Assembly: GCA_047967505.1 (NCBI GenBank)
Contig: CM106538.1
Source: Dipteris shenzhenensis
Taxonomy: Eukaryota
Strand: one strand, 5' to 3'
Length of the DNA: 64,000 bases
Under the pieces are notes generated by a model. The model searched no databases. It worked only from the letters and a program-made list of their open reading frames with translations, and was not told where the DNA came from. Positions 37,891 through 50,898 of the stretch are shown one piece after another; the first letter of the stretch is position 1; each line of letters starts with the position of its first letter. A program made the translations under genes and the position numbers.

Positions 37891-38900
37891 GAGTTTGCAC
37901 AAGTGCATTTTCTTTGAATGCCTTTACTTTTGCAAAAGTTCATGAATGATGAAGACATGTATTCACCTCCTATGTCTGATCTCATGACTTTGATCTTTCT
38001 GCCTGTCTAGTTTTCAACCATGGCTTTGGATTCTTGAAATCTAAAAAGACTTCAGATTTCTCTTTCAAAAAGTAGACCCAACAATATATGCTGTAGTCGT
38101 CAATGAAAGTCAAGTAGTAAAGTGAACCACTGATGTTGCGGTTATGGGCACAACCCCATACATCTGTATGAATCAAATCAAGAATACCTCTAGCTCGAGA
38201 GGTGCTTCTACCAAAATTGGTTCGCTTTTGTTTACCAAAGCAACATGCTTCGCAAAGGTTTCCAAGAAACTGAAGTTTTGGAATCCCAATTGCCATATTT
38301 TGATATTGAGTTGTATCAAGCATTTGAAATTGATATGTCCATATCTCTTATGCCCTACTGTGGAAAGTGGCATCTATTACGGTTGAGCTGACATGGCATG
38401 CAAATTTGGTACTAAAGCTAGCATTTTGAACAAGCATCCTTCCTTGACTACTTTTGCTAATATCCTCTAGATTTGTCTCTGATTGTGCATTCATATCCAT
38501 TAAAGATGACTCAATAGTTGTGTTTCGTTGTTTGACCAACTGATAAGAGGTTCTTACTAAGCTTCAAAACATAGAATACATCTTTTACCAATCCTTTCAT
38601 ACCAGTGAAATTGTCAATAGGGACAATGCATTTTCCTTGAACTGGATTCGGTGTGTTATCTGCCATGTAGATGACATTCTTATGTCCTTCTAATGGTGGT
38701 TTCATCTCTGTGAACCGTTGTTGATGTTTTGCCATATGAGATGATGTGTCGCTATCGATGTACCAAGGATCTTGACATGCTTGATCAACTTGATAACTGC
38801 ATTTCCCTTTTGAATTGCAATCTATATCAAGATACACTATTTTAGTCTTCTGCATATTCTCACTTGCAAGAAACATATTCTTAGGTTCATTGGCATAATG
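37891..38900 (-). pseudogene. Degenerate Ty1/copia protease, GAG-pre-integrase and integrase fragment
   Basis: WYIDSDTSSHM, LSKNLLSVGQ, HKRYGHIN..CEACCFGKQ, LDLIHTDVWG, LTFIDDYS, RSDIGGEY. Confidence 0.9.
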
Positions 38901-40110
38901 ACTGTGACTTGAATGTCCATCGTTGCAATGATTTCCTCTTTCTCAAAATTCCCTCGATTGCTAGTGGATCACTGCTGAGGTGTCAAGAGGGTGCACATGC
39001 AGTGTGCACAGTGTGCCTGTAGAGGGTTACTATGCATGTGTGGGGTCAATGCCATGTGGTAGTGATGAGGTGGCATAGGTGATTGGACTTGATGATGTGG
39101 TTGATGACATGGATCAGGTGATGTAGCACAGATGACATGGTAATCAGCAATGCATACATGGAAATCAATGATGATGTGGCATGATGATTAGATAGGGTGA
39201 TGTGGCAATATAGTCAGATAGGCTAACATGGACAATGATGATGTGTCAATGGATAGGGTGCCACATGGCTCCCTCTGGCCAACCCTAGGTTGGTGATGTG
39301 TCATCTTGCGAGTGCACCACGTGTTAAGAGGATGAGCCTTGGACGAAAAATATTAGATTCTGTCACAATATGTTAGATTCCAACAACGGAATTTCGGACG
39401 TCGGTTTCGTTGTTGACAAATCGTTTGGTAGGAGTCGCTTGGCCATTGTCATTGAAGGGCTCATTGAGGCTTTGTTGATCATGAAGTTTGCTGAAGCAAG
39501 GAGCTTTGGAGTCAATCAAGTATCGTATGAAGCTAGAGTTGGGCAACATTGTAAGCAGTTGGGCTAGAGAGCCCGAGTTGGTATTCATGGAGAGTCATTG
39601 ATGGAGAGCTGGGTTGATGTGGAGGAGTCATTTGCTGTGGTCCCATCTGGTTTGCTCATTGCGGCTGGCGGCTGGCCGATGGCACTATAGGATAGATGTA
39701 GTTGGAGGCGTAGATGATCATTTATGGTGGCTACTCACTATTGTTGCTGATTGTGCTTTATGCTTGTTGTTGTGTCACATGCAGTTGTCCGCTCGTTGGC
39801 TAACTGGCAAGGCTGGAGGTCTTTGTTGTAAAGAGCTGGGGAGTCAGAACTTTGGAGCAAATAGTGAGTCATATTGACTCGAGGTTTTGGAGGCATAGTT
39901 CGAGAAGCTAGTGAGTCGATGCAACTGGTGCAGCATGTAACTTTGATGGGCTAGCTAAGACTTTGGCAGCTGGAGATCATGTGGCTGTGCAAGAGCCTTA
40001 GGTCATTGGAGGGCTTGCTAAAGACTATAGTAGGCATTGCATAGCTAAGGAGCTCATAGTCTAGGGTAGAGGCTATAGGAGTTGCTTGTCTAAGTTGCCC
40101 TACAGATAGC

Positions 40111-40214
40111 TGTTAGGATTAGGGCATCGAACCCTTTCCTTTATAGCACTCTCAGACTATGTGTTGTTACTATGCACAATATTGAACATATGATGTTGAG
40201 ATGGTTTCTCAACA
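40111..40214 (-). repeat. Short (~104 bp) LTR, same family as 22387-22484
   Basis: Reverse complement reads tgttgagaaaccatctc...gtgctataaaggaaagggttcgatgccctaatcctaaca. Confidence 0.65.
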
Positions 40215-40365
40215 CTTTCTCCATTCTATAGATGAAGACACAAGAATAATAATTGGTATCAAGAAAAGAATGGAGTATCAGTCAAGTTACCTTATTGGAA
40301 ATGTTAGACCATTGACACTCATGAATGCAATGCATTCACTATTAAAAATTCCTTTATATCAATGC
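40215..40365 (+). pseudogene. Small Helitron Rep N-terminal fragment
   Basis: IIIGIKKRMEYQSSYLIGNVRPLTLMNAMHSLLKIPLYQ aligns with VMIKRRMQYLHYYMSGLVQPTTTMCAMHELLQK*LYQ at ~59730-59840. Confidence 0.65.
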
Positions 40366-42170
40366 AAGAGTTTTCCCATTTTTCGAGCGAAGCAAAATCC
40401 GAGCGAAACATTGCAAAAAATGTCTAAATTTTGAGTTTCCATGAAGAGATTTGAATCTTTAGACTAGACCTTATGATTTTCGTACTATCGTCTCTACCAA
40501 CTTTTGCCTTCTGAAGGTTTTCCTTTGGGTTTTTCTAATTCTTCTTGTTTGCTTCATCTTTGTCACTTCCATACTTCCTCCCTTGAACAACTTTGAGGTC
40601 AAAAATAACAAGTACACTCTCTCACTTGATCTTAATCTCTAATTTCTCCAGTTTTGACAAAACAAAAGCTTCTTCTGTTTCATTGTTGCTCTCTACTCTC
40701 TCTTCTTGCATTGTTCTTATTGTTTTTCTTCAACCCATCTATTTCCTTTGTAGATTTGCTCCCAGTCATTATGAACAAGATGGTTGTTGTCTATGGTCCC
40801 GAAGTACAACAAAAAATGCTATTGGTTTTCAAAGAGGAGACCAATGAGTTGGCTCTTGACACCCTGAGAGTATCATTTGATTTGCAAGATATGCCCTTCA
40901 CATTGAAGCCGTTGGGAATTGCTGTTGAGGACATTAAGCTAGAACCTATGAAGCTTCCAAATGGCGACTCAGGTTATCTGATTGATCCTGGTTTTAGTAG
41001 CACTTATAAAGTTTTCAAGGTTCCGTCATGCTCAAGAGTGAGCATAGACGTTGATGAAGATGTTTCTATGCCAAAAAATCCAAGCTGCAACTACAAAGTT
41101 TACAAGGGAGTGTCACGCTCAAAAGTAAGAATAGACGTTGATGAAGATGTGCCTATACAGAAAAACCCAAACTCCTACTTCAAAGTCCACAAGAGAGCTC
41201 CTAGCTCTAAAGTGAGTATTGACGTTGATGCAGATATAGGCATGGGGAATCTGCCAATTGCAAGTGTTCTTGAACTGATACGTTCTTTGCCTCAGGGTTC
41301 AAGTTGCGTTCAGCATTGCAAAGCATTACAAAAACTATGTAGCTTGATGAGCTTCCTAAGACATATGATAGATATGTTGCATTTGAACTTCCTCCGTGTG
41401 GTTCGAAATCTTCAATGACTGGAATGGAGAGGAAACATGCCCGTCATCACTGGATTGATTATGTTACTTGTACTAGTGATAGTTTTCTTGGGGTGGTCCG
41501 TTTCAGCAGGTGTGCAGGAAATTTGAGATGTATCAATATGGAATGTCCCTACTAATCTAGAATGAATGTTTCAAATGTGACGCAATGGAAGGGACTATTG
41601 AAACGAGTATGTGAGCTTGGCTTGATCAGGGAAGAGGATGGAAATCTTGTTTGTCACCATTATGTGCTAGCTCCAAAATGTGTTTCTACTTGTCCTGATG
41701 TGATGTACTTTTGCATTCCCAAGGACCACGCAACCACAAGATGTGCTATTCATCTTGGAAATCATCCTCATCCCCATGAAGAAGGTACCAGCAGAGTGGA
41801 TGAGGACAACATTGAGGAGATGTTAATGGCAAGAGCGAAGATGAACCCATTCACGATGCTAAAGCAACTTGTCACAGGTGTGGGTAGAGACATGATATTG
41901 GATATGCTTATGGGTGATCCTGTGGGAGAGACCACAGAGATTGGAGATGAGGAATTTTCCAAGTTGTTGGAGTTTGCAACACCCCTGTCTAGTAAGAAGA
42001 GGATTGAGAAATGATTGTAGCATGCAAAAAAGGCCCAAGGCATGACATCCAAAGGTTTTGAGGCTGTGCTAGATCTAAAAAAGAAATGCAAGTACCCTTT
42101 CATTCACAATGTTTTGTTTCATGGACAACTAGATGCTCAACATCAACTACATGTGTTCAAATCTTCTTGT
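40366..42170 (+). mobile_element. Second GCM-type MULE-like transposon, 5' portion
   Basis: Terminus caagagttttcccatttttcgagcgaa; HHWIDY..GVVRFSRCAGNLRCINMECPY..TQWKG and CAIHLGNHPHP are homologous to 37100-37700; truncated before the DDE core. Confidence 0.7.
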
Positions 42171-42649
42171 GAGCTATTAAAAAGAGAGTGAATCGAGCTA
42201 GAACCACGAGAAGACAAGATCCAGAAGACCATGTCAAACTCGTAGAGGGAGACTCCATTGATGATGGACAAAAAAGGCTAAAGTAGTGCCGAGAAGCACT
42301 TTGGGTCAAAGCTACTTTAGAAGCGTTGCAGGCAAAGATTTACACAAGGAAGTGGTGGGCTTGCAAGGGAGATAGAGCAAATGAGGACATGTTTCGAATT
42401 CTTAGGAAAAAGCATGCTAATGAAATGCTAGATTGCATTGTATAGGGTAACCAAGTAATAGTGGACTCGGGAGAGATTAGGAAAAGTGTTGCCTCTCAAT
42501 TTCAAAGCCTCCTAGGGGAACCAAAAGTGATTACAATAGAAAAGGAAAGGAATGGGGAACTTGTCTGTAAGGCTAGAAGAAAGTGGTAGCAAGTTATGTT
42601 GCCCACTATCCAGACATAGAATTGATGCTAGAAGAATTGAAGGGAGCAG

Positions 42650-43760
42650 TGGATCAAAGGGCAAAAGGAAAAATCCTCGAGGAAGATGGGCTATCAATTG
42701 AACTTTATCAAGTTTTTTGGAACACAGTAGGCCCCTACCTGCTAAATCTCTAGGAGGAATCTATGGGTAAAGGTTTCTTGGACCCAAGGATAAACTCTAG
42801 AATGATCAAGCTAATCTCGAAATGAGGCCCTAAGATGGAGTTAAAGAATTAGCTCCCTCTAACAATGCTAAACACCAGTTACAAAATATTTGCAAAGGCT
42901 CTAGCCTTAAGGCTCAAGGACAAGATGCAAACCTAGATGAGGGAAGACCAAAAGGGATTCATCAAGGGCAGACACATTTTGAAGGCAATACTCACACTGT
43001 GGGAGGACCTGGAGCATGGAGATGAAACCCTTCAAGATAAGCTTCCTCAAGGTCAGTGTACAAAGCGTATGACAGAATGGAGTAGGGCTTCATTCTCTTT
43101 TCCTTTCAGGACATGGAGATTGGTTCCAAGTATGTAAATTTTGTCAATACCTTGCTTCAACACACACAAGCAAAGGTTGAGATAAATGGCAGTGTATCTC
43201 CTCCCTTTGCACTTAGGCACTCAGCTAGATAGGGTTGCCCCTTAGCTCTACTACGTTTTGCTATTGTGACAGACGCTCTTGGGTTGTTAATTCAAGATGA
43301 AGTGGACAGGGGCACGTTAGGTGGTATTCAGATAGAAGAAGGAAGAGGACATATTATCTGCCAACAATTCACGATGACGACTGGTATCTTGGAAGCTAGG
43401 AATCCCCCTGCCCGCCCCGCCCCCCCCCCCCCAAACTCTTTGTTGATAAAGGGTGCAAGTTCATAAAGGAAGGAGAAATTTTCAGACTTCTTGGAATTCC
43501 AATGGGCTTAAGGCACTCAAACAAGGATAGATGGGCTTGGGCAATTAATAGAATAAGATCCAAAGTGCAAAGATGGCAGGGATTCCAACCTACTCTTTCT
43601 AGAAGAAGTTTGTACTTAATCACTATATCTATCCTTCTCTAATCGATTTTATCTTCTAATGGTTCCCACCAAAGAAAGGCTTTGACTAGGTAAACAACCT
43701 TTTCTAAACCTTTCTAGAGAGGGTAATTGGGCCAAAGAAAGATGGCCGAAGTAAGCTGGC
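42650..43760 (+). pseudogene. Degenerate L1-type LINE reverse transcriptase
   Basis: PLTMLNTSYKIFAKALALRLK, EDQKGFIKGRHI, R*GCPLA, QF.DDT, LLGIPMG; many stops. Confidence 0.85.
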
Positions 43761-45443
43761 AAGTTTGGGTGATTGTGGAGGCAAACATTAGTTCTTTGAT
43801 TCACTTTTGTACCCACACTAATTTTGTTTCATTGTAAAAAAGATTGTGCTACCTACAAGAAAGAGTAAATGTGGATGTAAATGGGGTTTTAAATCAAGAA
43901 TGAGCTTTATAACACTCTCCATGCCATGAAGAGAAGTGATGTTTTCTTGAAACAAAGGTAAGATTTCAGCTTGCCCTATGGAAACTACTTTAAGAGGCTA
44001 AGCAACCCTTCGCAAGCGACCTTTAGAGATGAACGAAGCATGGCATGCCACACATGCGACTTCTGTCGTTGCCTAATTTGCCTTTGTTCTTCCCTAACCA
44101 AAAATTGTTTTCTAAGATTTTTTAAAAATTTAAGAATAATAAATAAATAAATAAAATATAGATAGAGGAGAAAAGAGGGGGTGGGCAAAGCCGCAAGGTC
44201 TAGCTCTCAGAACTTGATTCAAGGCAAAGCCCTACACTTGCTAGCCCTAATAACTTGATTCAAACTCTGATAAGAAACTTACCCCCGATAGCCAATGCAA
44301 ATCTCCAAAATCGAGTCCCACCTCCGCTTCCCTGATTAGCAATTTCTTATACGCCCTTATCTGTTGCCAAACAAAGGGGAGCTTCACGTTCTCCTTTTGT
44401 AAAGTGCAATTTGTATAGATTAGTCCAGCCTCGTGCAGAGAAGGGCACCATGGGAGAGAGGTTCATGACAAGCAGCCACAAACAAAGGCGGACAATATCT
44501 TTAACTCCGTTGAAAATCAGGATGCTCCTCAGCACAATGAACCAAAATTTCTAATCCCGAAAGTAACGTTATGACCTCCTATGTGTGCTGTTGAAATACT
44601 ATTGGACTTTACAGGGAAGCTTTCACCTTAATGTTAACGTCTCAGCTCGTCGACATAGCAGAAGTCAGAACAATCCCTTGCCCCTTGTGTGTAATACTCC
44701 CTTATCCCTTTCCTTCAAAGCTCTATATTTCTTTAGTAGTTTAGTTCAAATATTTAACAATCTTATCAATTTGAATCTGACTATGTACAATTAAAGGAAG
44801 GCTTCAAGCGTGAAGTTCCCCTTAACGTTCTTCGTTAGCATCTTCAGTAAGACTGTATCACTGTGATTTGGTATAAACATCTGACGAGTAGCACCCTTAT
44901 ATCTTAGAAGAGCTTTTGCAAAACTATTCAATCTTAGAAACTAGGTGTTTGTCACAAGCATCAGTTGATGAAAAATATTCTCATTTCCACAGTCATGCAA
45001 CAAATGAGTGTGTTCAAATTTAAGTTCGGAAGCTATGTAAGATGTATTTTCTGGCGTTTAAAGACTTAAACATCAGTTTTTCTGCTGGCTCAGCCTTTTG
45101 TATAAGAGGCCCAAAATGTGGTGGTCACCAAATCTTTGAACTCCCTTGACCAAAGATGTTTCCATAGGGACAGATTATCAACTTAAGCTAAAGATATCTG
45201 CGTCATTATTCAATGCAATCAAGCGTCGAAGGATAAAGGAGTCTCTGCAAATCCATCAGCAAAGCAGAAGGCTTACCGTCCTCACAGATAAATTGTTCTC
45301 TTATCAAGGGATTATTTAAGCTGTTGACATTTGTTGCCAATGCCTCTGCTATTTTCATAGAACCTATGCAGAGTTTCCACCTCAGGAACTCTCATTTCCA
45401 GATGGTTATCTATATCAGAACAGCTGATGCTACTCAGTTCTCA

Positions 45444-46378
45444 TCAGTTGAGACACTGAGCTCGTTCCCGCATGCTCTTCACAAATGCTTCCAGGTTTCT
45501 GAAGGAAGAACCTCCCTGTTTCACAACCTTCCCTGCCTCACTTTTTAGCTCTGCAGCTCGCTTCCTCCTCTCTTTCCCTTCCTTTCCTTCCATTAGAGCT
45601 CTCACCGCTCTCTCAACTTCTAGACGGTCTACCTTCCCATCACCCTTCCTTTCAAATTCTAGGCCGACTTTCCATTCGTCCACCAGAAGTCGGGCATTCA
45701 CTTTCTGCTCTGCAATGTCTGGCCAACAGAGCATGGGTATCCCTCCAAGAGCTATGTTCTCCAATATGGAATTCCACCCACAATGGCTTAGAAACCCACC
45801 CACTGCAGGATGCTTTAAGACGTGTAATTGTGGTGCCCAAGAGATGATCAGGCTTCGATCTCTGGTGTGGTCCAGGAAGTCCTCAGGCAAAACATCAGAG
45901 AGAGAGCCATCTACAGCGTCTTGACGAATGACCCAAAGGAAAGGCTGTTGACTGGCTTCTAAACCCAAAGCTAGTTCTTTCATTTGCTCGGGATCAGAAT
46001 AGGTGGAAAGGCTCCCAAAAGAAACATACAGAACAGATGAAGCTGCTTGAGTGTCTAGCCATGCTAGACATCGATCCTCCACCTGCCAAAAGCTGACTTC
46101 TTGCTCGATGGTCAGCGATTCATCTCCACTTGGCAGAAGCAAAGGTCCGACGGTGTAGACCGGGCATTTAGTTCGCAGCGTATTGACAGCTTTAGGTTCC
46201 AGTTCAAAGCAACTGTTCAGAACAAGGCCTGCTGCCTCGTTCAAACGCTCGAACAATTTGAGAGTGAACTGAAAACGATAAAAAGTGAGATCCTGCGTCT
46301 GCATGGATGGAGGAAATTCGCTGGGAAGAAGTGGAGGAGCTCCCGGGCAAGTTATGCGTTGCTTTGAATCAGCTTTAG
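45444..46378 (-). CDS. UDP-glycosyltransferase (GT1, UGT85-like), exon 2
   Basis: Open frame from the cag acceptor at 46379-46381 (phase 1); PSPG box WAPQLHVLKHPAVGGFLSHCGWNSILENIALGGIPMLCWPDIAEQ at 45705-45839; C-terminal GGSSFRNLEAFV. Confidence 0.95.
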
Positions 46379-46590
46379 CTGCAGGCCCCCCGCAAACCGT
46401 AAATCATTAAGACAGCATGAAAATTAAGTCCTATGCATACTATTTCCCGTTGAGATTTACGGAAGCTCTACTGAAAGCATGCCAATTTCTCTATCTGTTT
46501 CATTAAATGCACATCCAAACATTGTGTTTGCTGGAAGATCAAAGTCCAGCGTGCAATGCTTATGCGCAAACGATCGATAGCCGTCCCTAC

Positions 46591-47167
46591 CTTTGAAGGG
46601 GATGATGCCCTTTGAGAGGAGCTCGGGGCAATACGACATAACGCAGCAAGCAGTGGCGTTGGAGGTGAAGAAGGCGAACAGGGGGATATCGAATTTGGTG
46701 GCAAGCTCTTGAGACCAAGGGACGAAGACATCGGAGATGATGCAAGAGATGGGCGGGCCGTTGAGTGGAAGCTGGTCGGCGAGGAGCTGCTCAACGGGGG
46801 AGCGCATACCAAGGCAGGCTTGGAGCTGGTGGAAGAAGGTAGAGCGGGGGTGGGAGGGGGGGAGGCCATCAGGGACAGGGAAGGTTTGGATGCAAGCGGA
46901 GCGATGGCCATTGAGCTGTGGTTCGGAAGGATGGCGATGGGAGGAGGAGGAGCCTGAGCGAGAGGCAGTGTGGAGGGAGACGATGGAGGTGAAGAGGAAG
47001 GAGGAGGAAGCAGAGAAAGAGGAGAGTTTACGAGCGAGCTGAAGGAGGGGGTTGAGGTGGCTTGGGAGGGGGAAGGAGAGGAGGAGGATATGGATCATGG
47101 GAGCTTGCTTATGATTTTGTTGATCTATTGCTGCTTCCATTGCTATTGCAGTTGTTGCTGCTTCCAT
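46591..47167 (-). CDS. UDP-glycosyltransferase, exon 1 (spliced product ~503 aa)
   Basis: HILLLSFPLPSHLNPLLQLA (catalytic His), PDGLP, ISCIISD; donor AAAG|gtaggg at 46590. Exons of 577+935 nt give 504 codons. Confidence 0.93.
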
Positions 47168-47204
47168 TGCTGTTGATTTTTTACTGAAACTGAAAGAAGT
47201 TATA

Positions 47205-47990
47205 AACTCTGAGCTACACCTTTCGCATATGTTTGGGATTGGAACTATCCACTATGAGCTGCACTTTCTCATATGTTTGGGATTGGAGTTGGTGTGCTTT
47301 AAGGAACCTTACACCTTCGTCAACTAACACCCTTCACACACATCACACACATACTTTTGGGATGGAGATTCTGTTGCCTCGCTAGCCGAACCTTACACAC
47401 ATACCTTTGGGATGGAGATTCTCCTGCTTATCGCCAGCCGAACCTTACAGAACTTACTATACACTCTTAGCTTACTCCCTTCGCACATATTAGCTGACAG
47501 GATGGGATTACTTGAGCTGACAGGATCTTCACTCATATGTTTGGGATCGCCTTTCAACACATTTGTTTGGGAAGGAGATCCTGCTCCTAATTAGCCTTTC
47601 AGACTTTGCGTACATTGTCAGCTACCTACACCCTTCGCATCTGTTTGGGATTGGAGCTCCTCCTCCTTTGCCTGCAGGACCTTTACGCTCTCTAGCCAGC
47701 ATTCACTGTGCGCTACACCTCGGATTGAAGCATCAGTCATTTCTTATCGACGGATTTTACCTCCTTTTCTACGGATCTCTTGCTTCCTCCACCTTCGTAT
47801 CGACGGATTTGTTGATCAGTTCTTCCCTGCGTATCGAACGGAATTGTTGGGTGCTCCACCTGCGTATCCATGGATTTGTTGGGTGCTCCCTCCACCTTCG
47901 TATTGACGGATTTGTTGGGTCCTTCGCTTCTTATCGACGGATTTGTTGGGTCCTTACCGACGGATTTGTTGAGTTCTCCGCCTCGTATTG
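47205..47990. repeat. Clustered short repeats upstream of the UGT
   Basis: ~8 copies of cat(a)tgtttgggat(t)ggag-like motif at 47225-47660 and ~6 copies of atcgacggatttgttggg-like motif at 47745-47975. Confidence 0.7.
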
Positions 47991-49344
47991 TTGGATGCTC
48001 TTTCTTCGACCGATCTCTCTCTCTCGCTCGCTCGCTCGCTCCCTCGCGCTCTCTTTCTGTTTCTCTCACATTTTGAGTTACGGATTTAGTTGGGTCGCGC
48101 TGCTCTATCCTCCTCTTTCAAATTTCTGTTTCCGATGTTTTAATTAGTAAGTACCAAGCTCTGCTTTTTGTCTCTGTCATTTCAACTATGGCGTTTCGCC
48201 GGAGAGACCGTCGCACCTCCGTGACCACACACACAAACAATAAATCAGAGAGTAGAGGTCGCAACACAGCTCAGTTGGTTCCTCTGACTGGTCCCTCACC
48301 TTCTCTCTTGGTCTCTCTTTCGCTTGCTCTTTCGTGACGGTCCACGCATTTGTTTGGGTCCCACTATCACTTCTCCTCTCTCGCTCGCTCACCGGGTCTT
48401 TCCTCTCTCTCTCTCTCGCTCGGGCACACATACACTAATAATCGGTCCGTTGACCGATGGTCAGCGTCGTCACGTCCGCTCCTTATTTAAGAAATATAGA
48501 CGCTGGCCGTGCTCAATAGAAATTTCAATAGAGCAGTTAAGACAGCAATGGTTTGAAACAAATATGACACAATTATTATTATAACTTTGTCTCCTTCAAG
48601 AGGTATTCTCGAAAGAAACTTGCCGATTTGATTAGCGGCTGACCGGCAAAGAAAAGCACCTCTTGACTCTTGAGTCCTTAGAGTTGAGCCCCATGAGATC
48701 TCATTTACCCTTGGAATCAGAGACTCGATTGGTAGCACCTAGATCAGGGCACATGCCCAATCAGAGATGCAGCCTGCTGGGTACACTTTCCTGAAATGAG
48801 TGTAGGAGAGGAAGGCCTCCTGGGCACACTGGTCTGGGCTTCCCTCTCAAAGGCATTTGGAGCTTTGGCGGTTGAATGGAGAGGGAGGTTTGCCACCGCC
48901 AAACATCTATTCCACAGCTGGGTGGAGCTCAAGGCAAGGCATGTACATTTGGCACATCCGATTAGCTCTTTGTAGATCCAACTTTGGCTGGCTTCATTCA
49001 ATCACGTGTGGCCATGGATTGCCTGCTGAAACATTGAATTTCCCTTCCTATCTCCATGCATGTGGCTGCACTCTTGGAGGGCATTCCCGCGGTCGTGGGA
49101 ACATTGCTGCAACGAACACGATGTTTTAGGCTTGTTATAGATAGACAAGATGAAATTCTTTACAAGACGTTGGTCGAAATTATCTCCCTCCTACTTTCAC
49201 GCCTAACATTGTCCAAATCCTCGATGATGGGCATGAAAATAGGACAGCCGATAGTGTAGGCAAATTCTTGGGACAATTTCTATTTCGTGCCTCTACGTAG
49301 GTTTCGAGAGAGGAATTCCCCTATGTGGGAATGCCCTCTTAGCG

Positions 49345-49690
49345 GTAGTGCTAGAGTGGACATTTCTAAGTGTAAGTTTAAAAAAAATAATTAAGTCTGT
49401 TTCTAGCACAGCTATTAGCGCTTTTTCCTCCTTTCTTCTTATGGGGAAAGAAACTTGCCAATTTATTTGATTGGGGGTGACCGGCAAGAAAAAGAACCTC
49501 CTTGGTGGTAGTGCTAGAGTGAACAATTCTATGTGTAAGCTTTCAAAAATTAATTAAGTTTGTGTGTAGCAGAGTATTAGCGCTTTTTCCTCCTTTCTTC
49601 TTTTGGGGAAAGAAACTTGCCGATTTATTTGGTTAGGCGGTGGCCCCTTAGAGGTAGTTCTAGAGTGGACATTTCTAAGTGTACATTAAT
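49345..49690. repeat. Tandem repeat, ~150-165-bp period (2+ copies)
   Basis: gtagtgctagagtggacatttctaagtgta starts at ~49345, ~49508 and ~49654; a partial copy lies at ~48611. Confidence 0.75.
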
Positions 49691-50169
49691 TAAGTTGTGT
49701 ACATTTCAAATCGTTATTTATCAAGATCATCCTACAAAAATTGCCTTTTAATAGCCCAACACCCGTTTCTCTTTTACATATAAAGTGCTTGCTTTACCAC
49801 TATACTATGGGTCCTTAGCCCCCAATGATCTAACCCCTCCATTCTCATTAACAGAGACAATGGGTATTTTTCTTTAAGCTATTATGATATTAGAATATTG
49901 GTGATAGTTCATATAACTTTCGAAATGGAGGTAGTTTCAATGAAGAATAGTGACATTTCAACATTCACCCAAACAATGATAGCCTAGAAAATTTTCAATA
50001 TTTAAAGTACTATGATTTCAAGCCATGACAAATGTTGAACACTTTTATTTTTATGGGGGCACACAAACATTATCAAACTTTTTCTTATTGGACAAGAACT
50101 TCATATGTGACTTCAACATCTGAACAATGATTTCAATCTTAACGTGTACACGTTTTAAAATTCAACTTC

Positions 50170-50335
50170 AAGTGGTAGAAGTAGTCACCATCATCATTGT
50201 AGTCCTAGCTGTAATTGTAGTAGTAGTAGCAATAGTAGCAAGTAGTACCAATAGTAGTACCAGCAAAGTCGTCATAGTAGTAGCAGTAGCACTGTCACTA
50301 CTGGTAGTGTTAGCAGTGGAAGTAGTAGAGTAGGA
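50170..50335. repeat. Degenerate (GTA)n microsatellite
   Basis: gtagtagtagca-type triplet runs. Confidence 0.7.
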
Positions 50336-50898
50336 GTTCCTTTAAACATGAATTTGTCCAATGAGGTGTGCAAATCTCTAAAAGTTGAAACTTAGCTATG
50401 AAAATTTTGTGGAAATAAATGGATTTGACCACAAGCTCTAGGCTTGCTTTTTTAAGTTGCGTCCTTTCTTTATTCAAAGCACGTAGAAAACTCTACAAGC
50501 TGAACTCCTTTCTAGAAACATTTTGTGGGAATGGTTCAATTTGAAATCTTAAAACTTCAACATATAAATTGAATTTTCCTATGTAGAGGACCACCCTTAT
50601 GAAACCGTCAATCAATTCGTGCATGTCACTTCAACACATGTAAATTGCATGACTTTCGTATTTATGTCCACACTTTTTTCAATGGACACTCCATGAAGTG
50701 TACGTGACCTTTCCCTTTCTTCCCTTTACTAACTTTTGTAGCCTTGTATTGATTATATGAATATGTTAAGAACATCTTTGTGATATTCTAGGGATGTCCA
50801 CATAGTTGTGTGTTGTCATTTTGAAAATTTCAAGGAATTCCATCAAAAGAAAAGAAATTATATATTACCCTAGAAATGTGGTGGGTTGTTTACAAAGA

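Noticed and set aside
37458-37985. 175-aa ORF joining integrase and GCM-like sequence as a novel fusion
   Set aside because: Chance in-frame junction between a copia fragment and the MULE-like gene; both partners are decayed.
38950-40110. gatgatgtggc-type short repeats and short ORFs
   Set aside because: Looks like LTR/UTR debris; no boundaries or protein motifs supportable.
50127-50333. Hydrophobic Val-rich ORF resembling a membrane peptide
   Set aside because: Translation of a degenerate (GTA)n microsatellite.
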